A stretch of DNA of 64,000 nt from Auanema rhodensis. Its lineage: Eukaryota; Animalia; Nematoda. Under the pieces are notes generated by a model. That model made no database searches. It saw only the letters and a list, made by a program, of their open reading frames with translations, and was not told where the DNA came from. Below, piece by piece: positions 25,701 through 38,846 of the stretch; position 1 is the first letter of the stretch, and each line of letters starts with the position of its first letter. Both the position numbers and the translations under genes were made by a program. The DNA lies in contig OZ059897.1 of the NCBI GenBank assembly GCA_964057225.1, positions 8,804,001 through 8,868,000 on the forward strand, given 5' to 3'.

Positions 25701-28700
25701 CTTAGAACTTATATAATCCTTGATTGTTATAATAACTTAATTAAAAGTAAATAAATAATATTGATCATAGGCCAAAACACAAAGTAAAAAAAAAATATTT
25801 TTTGAAATAAAAAAATAAAAAGAGAAAAGCATAAATTAAACTGAATTTCTGATTATATACTACTATGGATATGATCCCGTATCACTTACTACATCTGAAG
25901 CATTGAATCAAAACATCCGAAGATGCTTGAACTTGATGAACGTGACTCAAGCTATCTGAACAGACTTCATGACGATCCTTTCCTAGACGACACTCCTTGG
26001 TATCTGGATTGTATACAGCTTGTGTACAGAATCCAGTGAAGCAGATACGGGCACAATGATTGATACTAAAGAAAAGAAGCGAAACTTAAAAGAGAAAAAA
26101 ACAAAGAAATCAACAAAATGAGGAAATAAAGTTGAAAAATAAGTTGAACTTAATCAAGTTTAACCATACTTTTTCTGTTATTTTCTCCTCAAATATAGAA
26201 AGATTCCATAATTTGTATTGTGAACTACTAACCTTTTAACATTTTGTATTTTATAATGAACAAAAGAAACAGAATCCACATTTTCCACAACTTGGAAATT
26301 AATTACACAAGCTGTAAACATAATAAAGCTTTTTAAAAAAATAATAAAATTATTATAATTATTATAACTTAAAGCATATTTAGGAGAAAACATAGAGTTA
26401 AACTCAAACGTTAACTTATTATTACTATATTTAAATTTTATAAACTAAAGATTAGAACTTGATCAGGACTTGTTGTTTGTACATAAAAGTATGAGGGGGA
26501 AGTTCAAAAGCAAACTAAGCTATTGCTCAACCCATCATATGTATGTAAGTAATGTTGTAAATATTACAAAACAAAAGCATTATATGATATAGTTAAATCA
26601 TATTAAATTAATAAATTATTCAAATAATTTAAACTAAAATTAAGAATATTTTCATAATATAAGCAAGAATTGTTAGCGTATTCACCTGGATAATGCATAT
26701 CTGTACCTTTGTTAGGATGGACTTGATCCGGACTTGTTGGTTGCACACTCTCTGAGGTTAATTTCTGATCGCTAGATACTGATACTGGTTCATCAACTGA
26801 GAAGGATGAAGCAGCTAGAAAGGCAAAAAAAATATTTTGTATCTAACAGCCATTAAACTCATTACCATCTCCAGCGGGTTGTCTTTGTGCAACTGACTCA
26901 ACATCAGCATCACAAGTAAAGCAAGTCATTTGGACTTTAATTCCGGTAACATCTGATGTAAGAAGTTTCGATTTGCACGAATCTTCGGATAGGAAGTCAT
27001 GTGTATTTGTAGTAAAATAACAAGAATTTGCACCGGCATCGTAATAAGCAAACTGAAAGAAAATGTTTTTTTTTCATTGAATTCTGTAAAGATAACTAAC
27101 ACCACACTTAGTCTGATAACAGAGAGTAGCACAATCTTTAGCTGATTCAACAGCTGTCTGATTAACTAGCAGATCAACTGTATCAAAATCAATGTCTGCA
27201 GATGCATGGAATTTAAGTGTTCCATCACAACCTATAATCAAAAAAGTTTTAAAGGTTTACAGCATTACTCAAAGCATTTTCTCAAAGCATTTTCTAATAA
27301 TTATGCTCATTATGTGTCATCATGTATATGTAAATGAGCCTAAAGACTGTTTCATAGTTGTTTAACTGATTATTATAATTTATATTCAGAATTCAACGCA
27401 ACGTACTTCTGTGAATATGAGTTTCACCTCCTGGTTCATCGTCTCTAGTTGTTGTCTCAATAGGAGCTTCAGTTGTTGGATCTTCTGAAAACACAAGATA
27501 TGACGTTCAGTTCTTCTTTTTCACAAAATTATAGCAAATTTCCCTCAACTTTTGGTTATTTTTTATTATTTCTATCGTCATATCTAGTTTTCTCAGTCAA
27601 TGTTTCAATACCGATACAAAGAAAACAGCCATTTTTTTGAGTAAAAACCTTTTTTTTTTCGTTTCAAATAATTTTTTTTTGAGAAAATAAATAAGCTAAG
27701 AAGTAAGATAATAAGCCAGTTGACTATACTTGAGATGAACTCGCCGATACAATTAACACGAAACATCATTAACGTACAACAAGGTGACTTCATATTCTTC
27801 ATTCTTCACATTTTTAGCGCCATCCAACTGAGGTCATTTATTATATTTGAACAGACATACATAGTATTTGTCCTTTTAAATGTTCTTTTCAACGTAATCG
27901 CTACATATTGTATTCAAATAGATTTTCTTTTCTTTTTTTTTTAGATTTTTCGGCACTGTTATAGCATTGGTCAGAGGTTTTCTATCAAAAATTAAGAAAG
28001 AAAGAACGAAAAGAAAGAGGAAAAAAGAAAACAAACATTCACATATATTACATATAAAACTAGAAAAAAGTTTAAAACGAAAGTTTTTATTGAAAACCTT
28101 TTTAAACTTTGGTTAAATTTTTAAAATTTTTTCAAACTTTTGAGTTAAACTTGTAATTTCTGAGCTTCAATCCTCTTTCAAATTTTTCAGCATTCAGCCA
28201 TTTTCCTTTAATATAATAAAATATTTGTATTTTAATTATACATATAATATACAAAACAAACTGAAAAGAAACCTGTTGAAAATGTTTTTACTTCACATAT
28301 TTCTTCATTTTTTTTTTAAATTTTTTCCTCTTTTCTGTTCTTCCCTACACTTTATTCTATGATGTTTCAATTCAAATTATGATTTTCTTATTTTGAAAAC
28401 TTTCTTGAACATACCTGATGTCTTCGGCTCATCAACATTGTTCTTATCCGTTATTTCGACAACATTTGTCTTTGTATGAACAAATGGTTGTCCGCTAGCA
28501 TCCTTAATAGTAATCATCTGATCTTCTAAGCTTTCAAGTGGTGGAGCTGTCACTGGAAATAACGAAAATTCTTCCAAGTTTTATGAACTTCACTGTCCCT
28601 TTAAGCTTTTTTAAAGTTTAAAAAATATTTTTTTTTGGTTAAAACTACAAAAACAAACTTAGATCAATGTTTTGTATTAAGGTAGGCGTCGTCAGAGAAA

Positions 28701-30740
28701 AAAAAAGATTCAAGAACCTGTTGGTCTTTTTATTTTATTTATTTTTATAATTTTAGTAAAAAAATAAAATTATAAAAGTTAATGAATCGGAAATAAAGAA
28801 GAAGAAGAAGAATTATTATTATTTTTTGATAAATTTATGATAATAAATAAATTAAAAATTAAATTTTATTTTTCTTCTTTTAAATTAAAAAATAATTTTC
28901 ATCTTCTTTATTGGATCATTAAATAGATCAAGTTTTTGAAAATAAAACTTATTTTGTCAAAGAATTGAGAAGATATGAGACTGTAACTTACCAAATTCAC
29001 CATTTCCAGGGCAACGTAAGCAATCTATGGTTATTGCTTCTCCTGCATATTTTATATTTTTGACTGCTTGTAATGGATTGTTTGAACAATTATAAGCAGC
29101 ATAATAATATAAATGACATGATTCATGAAGATTATGATCATATCTGAAATTATTTCATCAACAATGCTGCTCAAGTTCTTCTCAATTATCATGCTTGTAT
29201 GTCAATCAGCATGTCAAACTCTTCAAAACTTACTTTAAAGAATAACAGAATTGATTTCCAAAACATTTCTTTATACAATCATGTAGATCATCGGTAGGGA
29301 TTTGAACAAAAATATATTGAGATCTATCAGTAGCAGTTTCATTAACCCAGGCATAAATCTCATCAGTTGGACATGCTGAAAAAGGAAAAACTTTGTTTAA
29401 TTTTCATTTTTTTTTCTTTGAATTAATCATGTTATCCCCCAATTTTTTTCATAAAAGAATCATACAAAGCTGCTTTTGTATTGAATGTTTCAATATACAT
29501 ACATATCTAGATATTCATGTTAAGAGACAGAAAAAATCTGTTTTTTTCAAGTTAAAATGCTTCTCTGATCAACTGAAAAGCATAAAGAAATGATCAATGT
29601 CAGCATTTTTTCCGTTAAATAGTGACCTTGGAAGGGGTTTTTTCTGGTTACTTTCTCCTTTTTAACAGAACGTCTTTGCTTTCATGACGACGGGATAAAA
29701 ATAAAAAAAAAAAAAGAAATTTGTTGGGTGAATACTTGTCAATTGTATTCAGCCAATATCATGATACGATGTATGTACAGGTATATCAGATAGAATGTTA
29801 ATGATGATGATGCTAATGCTATTCCTGATGATGATGATGATGATGATAATCATGTTGCTGCTACGGCTGCTACGGACTGATGTAGCTACATATACGGATG
29901 CGAGACAGGAAATAATGATACACAATAGTCGATTTTATGTTTTTGTCTTCGAATGTTATAGTTTGAAATAACTTGATAAAAATAAGGAAAAGTATGTTTA
30001 TGATTAGAGAAAGGAATGTCTCAGCTGCAAAACTTTCTAACGGAAGATATCGAAGAACTTTTTTATATCATCACCTGCCGTTTACTTATCGTAAAACGAC
30101 GACAACGTTCGCAACGACAACGACAACGATACCGTGATTCTACACATTGGAACCAATTTGCAAGGTTTTATACACATCATCACTAAACTTCAGTTGAAAG
30201 TTTGAAATTATCAAATTGGCTGGCAAAAAAACTTGGAGCGGTCCCTCTTTGTCTGTTGGAAAAGTCAAGATCTTGTCAGTATTATCGTGATGCTGTTTCC
30301 TCATGCCTTCAAACTATTCTGAGCGCAGGGGAGGAGGGGGGGGGAGTTTTCAAGTAGGTCTCACTGCTATTACTTCTTCTTTTGTCAATTTTTTTCTCCA
30401 TCTGTTGCTTTATTTAACCATCAACTCCATCTACCTCTTCACTGAATTCTTGGTACCTCTGGAAGAATATGCGAAATGTGGAGAGACAATAGTCAAGAGG
30501 GCCAGTCGTCGGTTCACGGTCTCGAGGCTATTGCCAGCTTCGGGAATAGTAAGCAGCTTGTGGCAGTTTTGAGAAAGGGAAGAAACAGCAGTCTATAGGC
30601 TGTATGGAACTAAGTATATGAACCGAAAAAGGGAAAATTAAACCGTTGATGAAGTTAGTTGAAGATAAAATGAAATTGAACGGTTTGTTTCACGTAAACC
30701 ACGTGACTATTGGATAGACCATGAGAGAGAGGGTGAGAGG

Positions 30741-30791
<51 letters not shown>

Positions 30792-32241
30792 GAAGGAAGA
30801 GTTCAAAAAATTAAAGTTGTAATTAATGTTTTTGATCTAAGTTGTGTTCCGAATCACTTATTATATGACCCATAATTAACAAATTACCAATAATAGACTG
30901 TATTAAACTTTGTCCACACAACACATATTTCAAGTATATATTTCAAATCAAAGTTCTATTTTTAATTGAAAAATGAACTAATTATATTGTATTTATCTAT
31001 TTTAATTTAATTATAAATAGGACAATATTCGTTTTTAGTAAAATATAAAGTTTATTGACCCATAATCATTTTCATATTACATATTTGAATGTCTAGGAAT
31101 GTTTCAATAAAAACAAAAAAAAATTATTTGAAAAGGAAAATTCGGTAAAGTATTCAGGTTAAGTATGACTAAACGATGAATTGAATACAAATTTCATGGC
31201 ATAGTTAATAAGAATTTTTGAAAAAGAACGAAAATTACTTATTCAAATGATAATTTTGATTTTTCATTCAAAATTGTTTGTAAAACCCCAGAAATTCCCT
31301 TTATTTCTTGAAAGATTATTCTATACAAGGGTATATGGTATGGATTAGATCACTGACATACATATTATCTCAGATATAAGAAGCTAATTAGTTACAGTAA
31401 AAAAAGAAAAAATCAAGAAAAAATGCCATTTATCCCATGTTATTCCCTCGCCAAATGATACCTTTCACTCTACTCGACAGTGTCACAAGCCGGAATCCGG
31501 TCGTAAGAACAGCTGTTCGTCTCTAGCCTCAACGTCATGATGTGAGGAAAGCTTGCTGGTGCCTTTCTTCAATTCTTCATCTCCTTACCATTCTACCTTG
31601 GCAGCAGCAGTAGATGCAGCAGGCCTTGCTGATCTCTTCTTCCCTACATCTATCTTTCCCCTCTCTCTTTCTCTTTCTCTCTCTCTCTCTTTATCTCTTA
31701 CTCTCTCTCACTCCCTCTCTCTGTAGTCATGGTTTAGGCCATTTAAAGGATTAAAGGATAGAGCTTAGAAAAGAAAACTGCAGATGCAATCTTCTACTCC
31801 GATATTTTGAATACAAAAAAAAATATTTAGTTTTGATCAAACAACATGAATAGTACAATTCATGAAAATCATGAAGATGTAAGAGAAGCATCAACTCAAA
31901 CGATTTGAAAAAACCTCTTCTATCAATGACAGTTTGTTGAATTTCAATTCAAAATTTCAAAAAAAAAACTTAACGATGAGTCAGATAGAAAGAAGACGAA
32001 TAGATTATGGAGCTGGTTTCACACTTGACTCATGTTACAAGTAGCATCATCATCATCATTACTATTACTTTGAAGCATGGGTGTGCGTATGACTCAAAGA
32101 GTTACCGGATATGAGATTGTGTTACGAAAAATCCAGAAAAGAATTGTATTTAAGATGAAATTAAGGGAGAAATACATGAAAGGCATCAATCAAATGTCCC
32201 TTTTTACGTATTTCAAAATAGATGTTTCTTGGATGTAAAGG

Positions 32242-32312
<71 letters not shown>

Positions 32313-34061
32313 TATGGACCAATAAGATAAGAATGGAGTAGAGTTATGCTCATTATTCATTTTAATTTTTCTTTAATTTCTCTTTTTCTACTTGAATGAC
32401 GAATTTCCTCATACATATAACAGCTATTTTCACTTTTTATCGTTTACCTTAAGGGTAGACAGAAGGATAGAAAGCCGTTAAGAGACCTTGACTTGCCAAA
32501 TACCTTATTAGACTCCTTTGACCAGTTGTTCTTTAAATTACCTACAGATCATCTTATACGAATTCAATAGGGAGGAAGTAATTAGAAGATGAGAATGGCA
32601 ATGAATGTATGATGATCCTATGTCAGAAGAATTCAGATTTCAGAAGTCAAAATTGAAAAAACAAATTTCTCTCTGTGTGTATATTGGGTTAACTATCGTC
32701 TTCTAACCTTTCATCTATATTTAATCGACAAAAATTACAAATATTTTCAAAATAATTGAATTATCATGAATTTCTATTTAATATTTTAAGAATATTTGTG
32801 TCTCAAAATGACCGTAATGTACGGAAAACATCAATTGATTATAGACAAGTTGAAACTATGTCAACTATACTTTAAAGTAGCATAATTGCTGTTTAAACAA
32901 CTGTTGCAAATTAGTCAATTAGTACCAAAAATTATTTCCTTTTGCCCTAATTTCAACTACATTTTTCTTCTGATAATGTATGAAAACAAACAGAATCTTT
33001 TCTGTTTTTTACTTCCAACTATTTGCAATTGGAGCTACTGAACAGGTTTGTAGTGTTTAGCTTCGATTACTCATCAGGCTTAAACTCTGGCAAAGAGAGA
33101 GAGAGAGATAGAGAGAGAGAGAATGAGCGAGGTAGAGATTTTGAATAAGCTAATCCTTAATTTGGAAACAAAAAAATTGATCTTCGTGTAGTTATATAGC
33201 TATTTCTTTTCTCGATATAAACAAGAAAATACAACATAGTTGGAAGACAACAGTAAAAAAAGATTTTCAAAAAGCTTTCAATCCCGTAAACTAGATGGTT
33301 CAAAGTTACAAAGAATCATATGATCATATACATATGTATATAACTATGTATATGACTACCGTATTCATATTTATCTTTTCAAAATATTATATTTCTTCAT
33401 TAAATCCGAAAATAATCGTAAATAGTACAAGGAAAGTGCATACGGATGCAAGTATTTCCGTAGCTAACACGTTGGATTAATAGCCACAAAAAGCCGGATG
33501 GTATCGAGGCTTGTTTCAAATGCTTTATGCGTTGTCGTCGGAGATGTGATGACAACGACATTGTTGGAGAAAGAGAGAGAGAGAGAGGATGTCATGCCTG
33601 AATGCAACTGAGAAGCCATTTGAAAGTTTCGAACGAAAGAAAACGATAACATCGTTTCATTCACCAATTTAATTATCTAAGTTTATATTTGAAAACTTAA
33701 GTTTCAAGTTTTTTATTAAAAATTTTTTATTTTATACTTTCATATTTCGTGTTTCACCTGAAGTTTCAATTGAAATGAGAAAAAAAAGCAAATGTTGAAG
33801 AGCTATCACAGTAGACAATCAACAAAAACATTTTTATAAAACAAAAGCCTATTATTAGCTTGTTGAAGGCATTATTCTGACCATTAAGACATACCCAGGA
33901 ATCAGAATCTGATCAAACTTTTTGATTTTAACTACTTGTTTCGTTCACACGTTTTGTCAAACTGTGAAAACATCAAAATCTGATGTCACAGCAAGTGGTA
34001 TGACAGGAAGATGTTGATGACCACGATAGAAGAAGTGAAACAAGCAAAGAGAAAAAGAAAA

Positions 34062-34104
<43 letters not shown>

Positions 34105-37100
34105 AAGAGAAGAGGTAGAAGTTCATGAACTTGTCATTACCAAAGTTTTTTCAGATGGCATCTAAGAAGTAATGAGAGCGAGTAGTTCAAGTAGTTTCCT
34201 ACTATCTTATGATTCATCCATTTTCAAAATTATTTTTAAACCATTTCTTCCCCTTATTTTCAAATAATATGTTCAGCCAACGCCATCGGCATTTCTCAAC
34301 TACTTCGGTATTGTACAGCAAAGGAAAGGACTGGTTAGACGTGCCGGACCACCATCAGCTAAAAATCGTTTTGGGCGCGTAAGATCAAGGGAAATCTATG
34401 CTGTTAGCCTGTTGAAGGTCAAGAGAATATGTCGACGCTGAGTCAACTATTCCGTAATAAAAACAGATGACAACGTGAAGACAACGTTGACGACGAAGAA
34501 GACAAGGATGTCTACAACGACGACGACGACAACAACGATGAAGACGATCATGATGACAAGTCGTTGAAAGTTTTCATCCCAAATTCTGAACTAATTCAGT
34601 TTACAGTGCAATGGCACTGCAAGGAGCTGGTGAGAAGTCCATGACAACCTATTAGCTATTATCCAGTTAAAGGTCATATACAATTTCAACTAATTTCAAT
34701 TTTTTGATAATAATAGACAGCAAAAGGTGAAATAGAATTAAGAAAGAATCAAAAATGTTTTACAATTGCTGTCACAAAGGAAAGGAATAGCATTTCAAAT
34801 ATGATTTTACATGTCAAACATGATGTTTCCACGAAAAAAATGTCCTTTAAAGTATGTATGAAAGGAGGTTGTTAGCAGAAAAAGAAGTAATCTGATTGAA
34901 CTAGCCAAAAGAAAATCGTTTTTTCTTCTTTTTTTTCAAAAAGGGAGAAGATTTGCATTGAATGAATTACATAGAGCTTGTCAGAAGAGGTGTAATTCCC
35001 AAACCCTTTGATCGAAGAAGAGATATACAGTTCCCTTAGGCTTTAAGGCTGAACCATCTTTTCATTTTTTCCACAAGCTTAAGTTTCATATTTGAAATTT
35101 TTCTTTATATTCAAGTCTTTCTATTTATTTATGAAAAGATTGATAATGAATGAATGAATGAGAACAAAAATCATGACAAGAAGACAGAGGAAATGATCAA
35201 GTTGATGAAACAAAAACTTGAAAAACTTCAATATAATTTGAAATATTATGAGTTTTTCGGTTAATTATTAAGAAATTTTTAACATATACACATATATTCT
35301 AACAGGTCTTTTAGTTTTGTGAAACAATTAGAGCCAAATATATATATGATTGATATGTTTTTTTTCTTTCAATTCAATCATGTAAGTAGCCTTCCTGCTT
35401 TTTCATCTAACTATCTAGTTTTTTTGCTTCAAAAAAAGGGAAAAAAAAGTTTTTTTTTTCGAATAAACATGAAGAATACTCTAAATCATCAACTTTTTTT
35501 TCCTCCTTCATCAGCCTTAATATGCTGCATCTTCTTATTTCGAATAGCAAGAAAAGAAAACGATTTTTATTAGGCATTTACGGACAATACGAAATCTGTG
35601 AAGGTGATGACGATGAACACGATGTGGACAATTTCCTTTTATCGTCGTCATCATCATCATCATCAGAAGCAACAGCCTAAGCATTGTTGTCATGATGATG
35701 ACGGGATCAAGAAAAAGCCTGTTGTGTTTGTGTATGAGAGCTCTATGAATTCAGAGTTGTTCTTTAACTCGACCTTGAGGGTGATATTTGATAAAGAAAA
35801 ATAGGAAAAGCGATGAAATGAAACGAAGATAGATCAGTCGGGAGAATTTATATTTTCCGGTCATATAGCCAGTTTTTCATTGGCATTCTCACAATACTCC
35901 CTTACTATCTCTCTTTCTCTTTTTCTCTCGTTTTCCTGTACTTTTTCGTGTTTTTTCTTTCTTAGGTGTGTAGCTTCTTCTTCGTCTTTTTCAACTATTT
36001 CTTCATTCGACATCGTCGTTTTTTCTTTTTCTTCCCCCCCCCCCCCCAATTTGTAGCATCAATGGCACACGAAGGACTGATAGTTCTGAGTAACGTGTTG
36101 AGAAAAAGAAAATTTTCATTTGATATCTTCAACCCATATGACACAATCTTCGAACTTTTATGATTGTTAATGCATATGATTGGGTGCAGTTCCATCATAT
36201 TAGTGATAAGATACTTCTTCATACTTGACTGTTGTTATGTTGATATCCTCACAATCATAGTTGATTATATGGAAGCACCGAAAAATAAGAAGAAAGATAA
36301 TGATGAGCTGACTGGCTTAATCATCTACAACAAGGAGGTGAGCTAGCAGCTAGTCGTCTGGAGTGAAAACACGCTTTCAATGGCGACATAATGTCCGCTA
36401 AGTCTGACGCAATTGGCCAGTGTATTAGTGGATTTCTGACAAAAGATGACAGAAAAGGGAAACGAGACGAGGAATAAAGAAAAGATGAAACATACAAAAA
36501 TGAGAGAAACAATCCAAGAATGAAAAGAAGAAGAAGAAGGAAAGCTTAAAAATGAAAAGAAAAGAAGACAAAAATCTACAATTTTTGGGCTTAAAAACGT
36601 CAAGCCTTTGTTGAAAAAAATGATTGAAACATGATGAGTATGACTAAGCTACTTGAAACTCAGTGAGTGAAAGCTTTCACTGAAACTTGTGATCAACCAA
36701 CTTAGTCTATTTATATCTTTGATTATAAGTATTATATAGTAATACAATTCTATATTTATCTATTACTCTCTGATGAAATTATAGAATTTATATTGAAAAT
36801 GAATCGATTTGCAAGAGAAATTTCTATTTGATATTGGCAAATTAAAACGATTTTTTTCCAATTTTATTTGCTTTGAAAAATAGAAAAATATGGAAGATAG
36901 TAAGACATTTTTGTTTGATGGATCTAGCCAATAGTTTGGAAACAATGTATCGTTCAAGGCGAACAGCAACATCCAAACAGTGGATACGCTTGAGTGACCA
37001 AGATGTTCTTCTTTAAGTTGCATTCTTCACATATTGATTTGAATGACATTGACTTTTCAACTTTGGTACTCAGGTGACAATTTGTGTTGTCAATGTCTTC

Positions 37101-37483
37101 TGCTTGCCTGATGTCTCATATCGTTGACGATCTCAAACGTATTCGATCCAGCATTTAAGGATAACGAAGCGGGAGGTGGATGTTTGATGTTGTGCTTGAG
37201 ATAGCAAGATAGCTGACCATACAGCTAGTTAGATATATGAAATATTTGTATATTTATTTCCTTTGTTATTTTAGCTGGAACGATTTCAAGCATGAAGCTA
37301 TACAACAAGAAAAGAAAATAACGAAATCGCTGAAGATCAAGCTGAATCATGAGAATGTTCATGGTGATTGACTGATGATAATCATTCTGAAGTTTGACAA
37401 TGTCATCGGTCAGTATAGTCCCATTACTAGGTGTTGACTCGTAGCTTCATCTGTTTGAACGAAGGATTTACAGCAGAAGATAT

Positions 37484-37514
<31 letters not shown>

Positions 37515-38846
37515 AGTATTACTAACCCGTCAATAAGATTCTAACAAGCAACAATCGTTTTGATATGTGATATAGTTAGACATTATAGTTAACAGATGGT
37601 TGTTTGGTACTGTTATGGTGACCATGTAACCATCACTTGCCCCAGTATCATGTTCATGTAGAATAATATCTTTCAAAGTAAGACGACGAAAAAAAGAGAA
37701 GACATCAAGGACTTGTTCTGCTTGATTGCCGTGCCACGTTCTGACTCGCCATCCTGTCCACCAATGAATTTTTGTAAAGATGAGAGCAAGGACTATTAAC
37801 AATAGTATATAGCTATTTTTGGGCTTGTTATGTCATCCTTAAAAGATGTTGGTGTGATAGTACTACTAGTACTTTATTTAGAATTGAGATGAGGGTGAAG
37901 GTTAATAGACTAGAAAGACATCATGGAGCATCGTTCTAGAAAGAGAAGCGTCTGGGAAAAGGGAAGGGTAAAGAGTGGTAGTATGAGTAAGATAATGCCC
38001 TTTTACTTTACATGATGTTGATGTTTACCTCACATATACACCCCCCCCCCCTCACATTACCTGCTCTATCAATTTCAGTTATATAGGCTATTCAACTTCT
38101 AAAACATTATCATTCATCTGGTTGATGAGTCATAGTAACTACGTAAAGTTCTTTCATTTACGCTGAAGATGACCCAGCACCGATGGTTATAACGTTATCG
38201 TTCATCAGATGTAGCCACCGGCATCATCACAGCCGTTGACGTCGTCAATTTACCGAATACAACGAATAGTTTAGAAGAATAGCAACCAGATCAAATCCTT
38301 ATGTGATGAGACATACGAAGTACGTCTCGACAATGCCAAATTGGTAATACAATCTCTGATAGCGTAATCGGTTGAGAAACAGTTTAAAAACATTTTTTCT
38401 TATGAAATCGACTTGTCTTGACTGATTGCTGCGCCCGCTTGAGCTAGCTACGTGTAGATGAAACAGCTAAGTTTCAGGCAATAGTTTGATTTTCTCAATT
38501 ATTTGTTGAAAATATGAGAAATACGTTTTGCAAGATGATGGTCAGTTTTGGAGAAAAAAAGATGTGAAAGTCTGGCCATTCTTGAGTACAGATTTTCGTT
38601 CTAGTGTGACCGTTTGATTTACGATTTCTACACAAAAGCGTTTTGATCAAAGCTTCATGATAAAGCTAGTACTAGGAAGAGATGGTAGATAAATAAAAAA
38701 AGACATAAACATGTAATAGTTAAGATGATTATATGGTATAAACTAAACGAAAACTTACAGATAGTTTGTGGTACGCTCACAGGAGCAGCTTGAAGGACTG
38801 TCGGTAAGACGACAGCCAATTGAAATATAAGTATAGAAGTCCACAT
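13708..38846 (-). CDS. srap-1: Giant secreted PAN/apple-domain mucin-like proteoglycan (srap-1-like): signal peptide, 5 PAN, ~2,750-aa S/T/A/E repeat, 3 PAN; ~25 exons, ~3,900-4,000 aa
   Basis: Exon 1 (38846-38759) encodes MWTSILIFQLAVVLPTVLQAAPVSVPQTI, a signal peptide with a phase-1 gtaagt donor, joining in phase to 29375 (SCPTDEIYAWV..CIKKCFGNQFC). PAN-like units with CxxxC..C..C..C..CxxC spacing: CIKKC, CATLC, CARIC, CATRC, CAYLC (29375-24362); CAHIC, CAKKC, CARAC (15270-13708). Giant exon 24313-16041. Last exon 13815-13708 ends LECVSCSN-TAG. No ZP domain or TM segment seen. The symbol is assigned from recalled architecture (PAN plus EGSGE repeats) and is less certain than the structure. 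Confidence 0.8.
16041..24313 (-). CDS. Single 8,273-nt exon encoding the mucin/glycosaminoglycan-attachment region
   Basis: Acceptor ttttcag|TTCCTCATAAA at 24313 and donor AAC|gtgagt at 16041. The start shares a frame with track ORF 16023..17435. All shadow ORFs across the array keep a constant phase, so there is no frameshift. True reading e.g. APSDVEGSGEAEATTAASAASQEGSSTA. Confidence 0.9.
17437..23975. repeat. Coding hierarchical tandem-repeat array (84-, 87- and 48-bp monomers; 219-, 255- and ~380-420-bp higher-order units)
   Basis: 87-bp period at 23101/23188; 219-bp period at 22201/22420/22639; 255-bp period at 17931/18186/18441; 84-bp period at 19021/19105; longer periods at 19338/19719/20109/20526. 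All lengths are multiples of 3. Confidence 0.95.
30724..34100 (+). repeat. (GA)n microsatellites in intron 1 of the PAN/mucin gene (approx. 30724-30788, 32228-32307, 33094-33122, 34067-34100)
   Basis: Dinucleotide runs read directly from the sequence. Confidence 0.95.

Noticed and set aside
36666-36681. 16-bp palindrome agtgaaagctttcact
   Set aside because: About one such palindrome is expected by chance in 64 kb; no supporting context.
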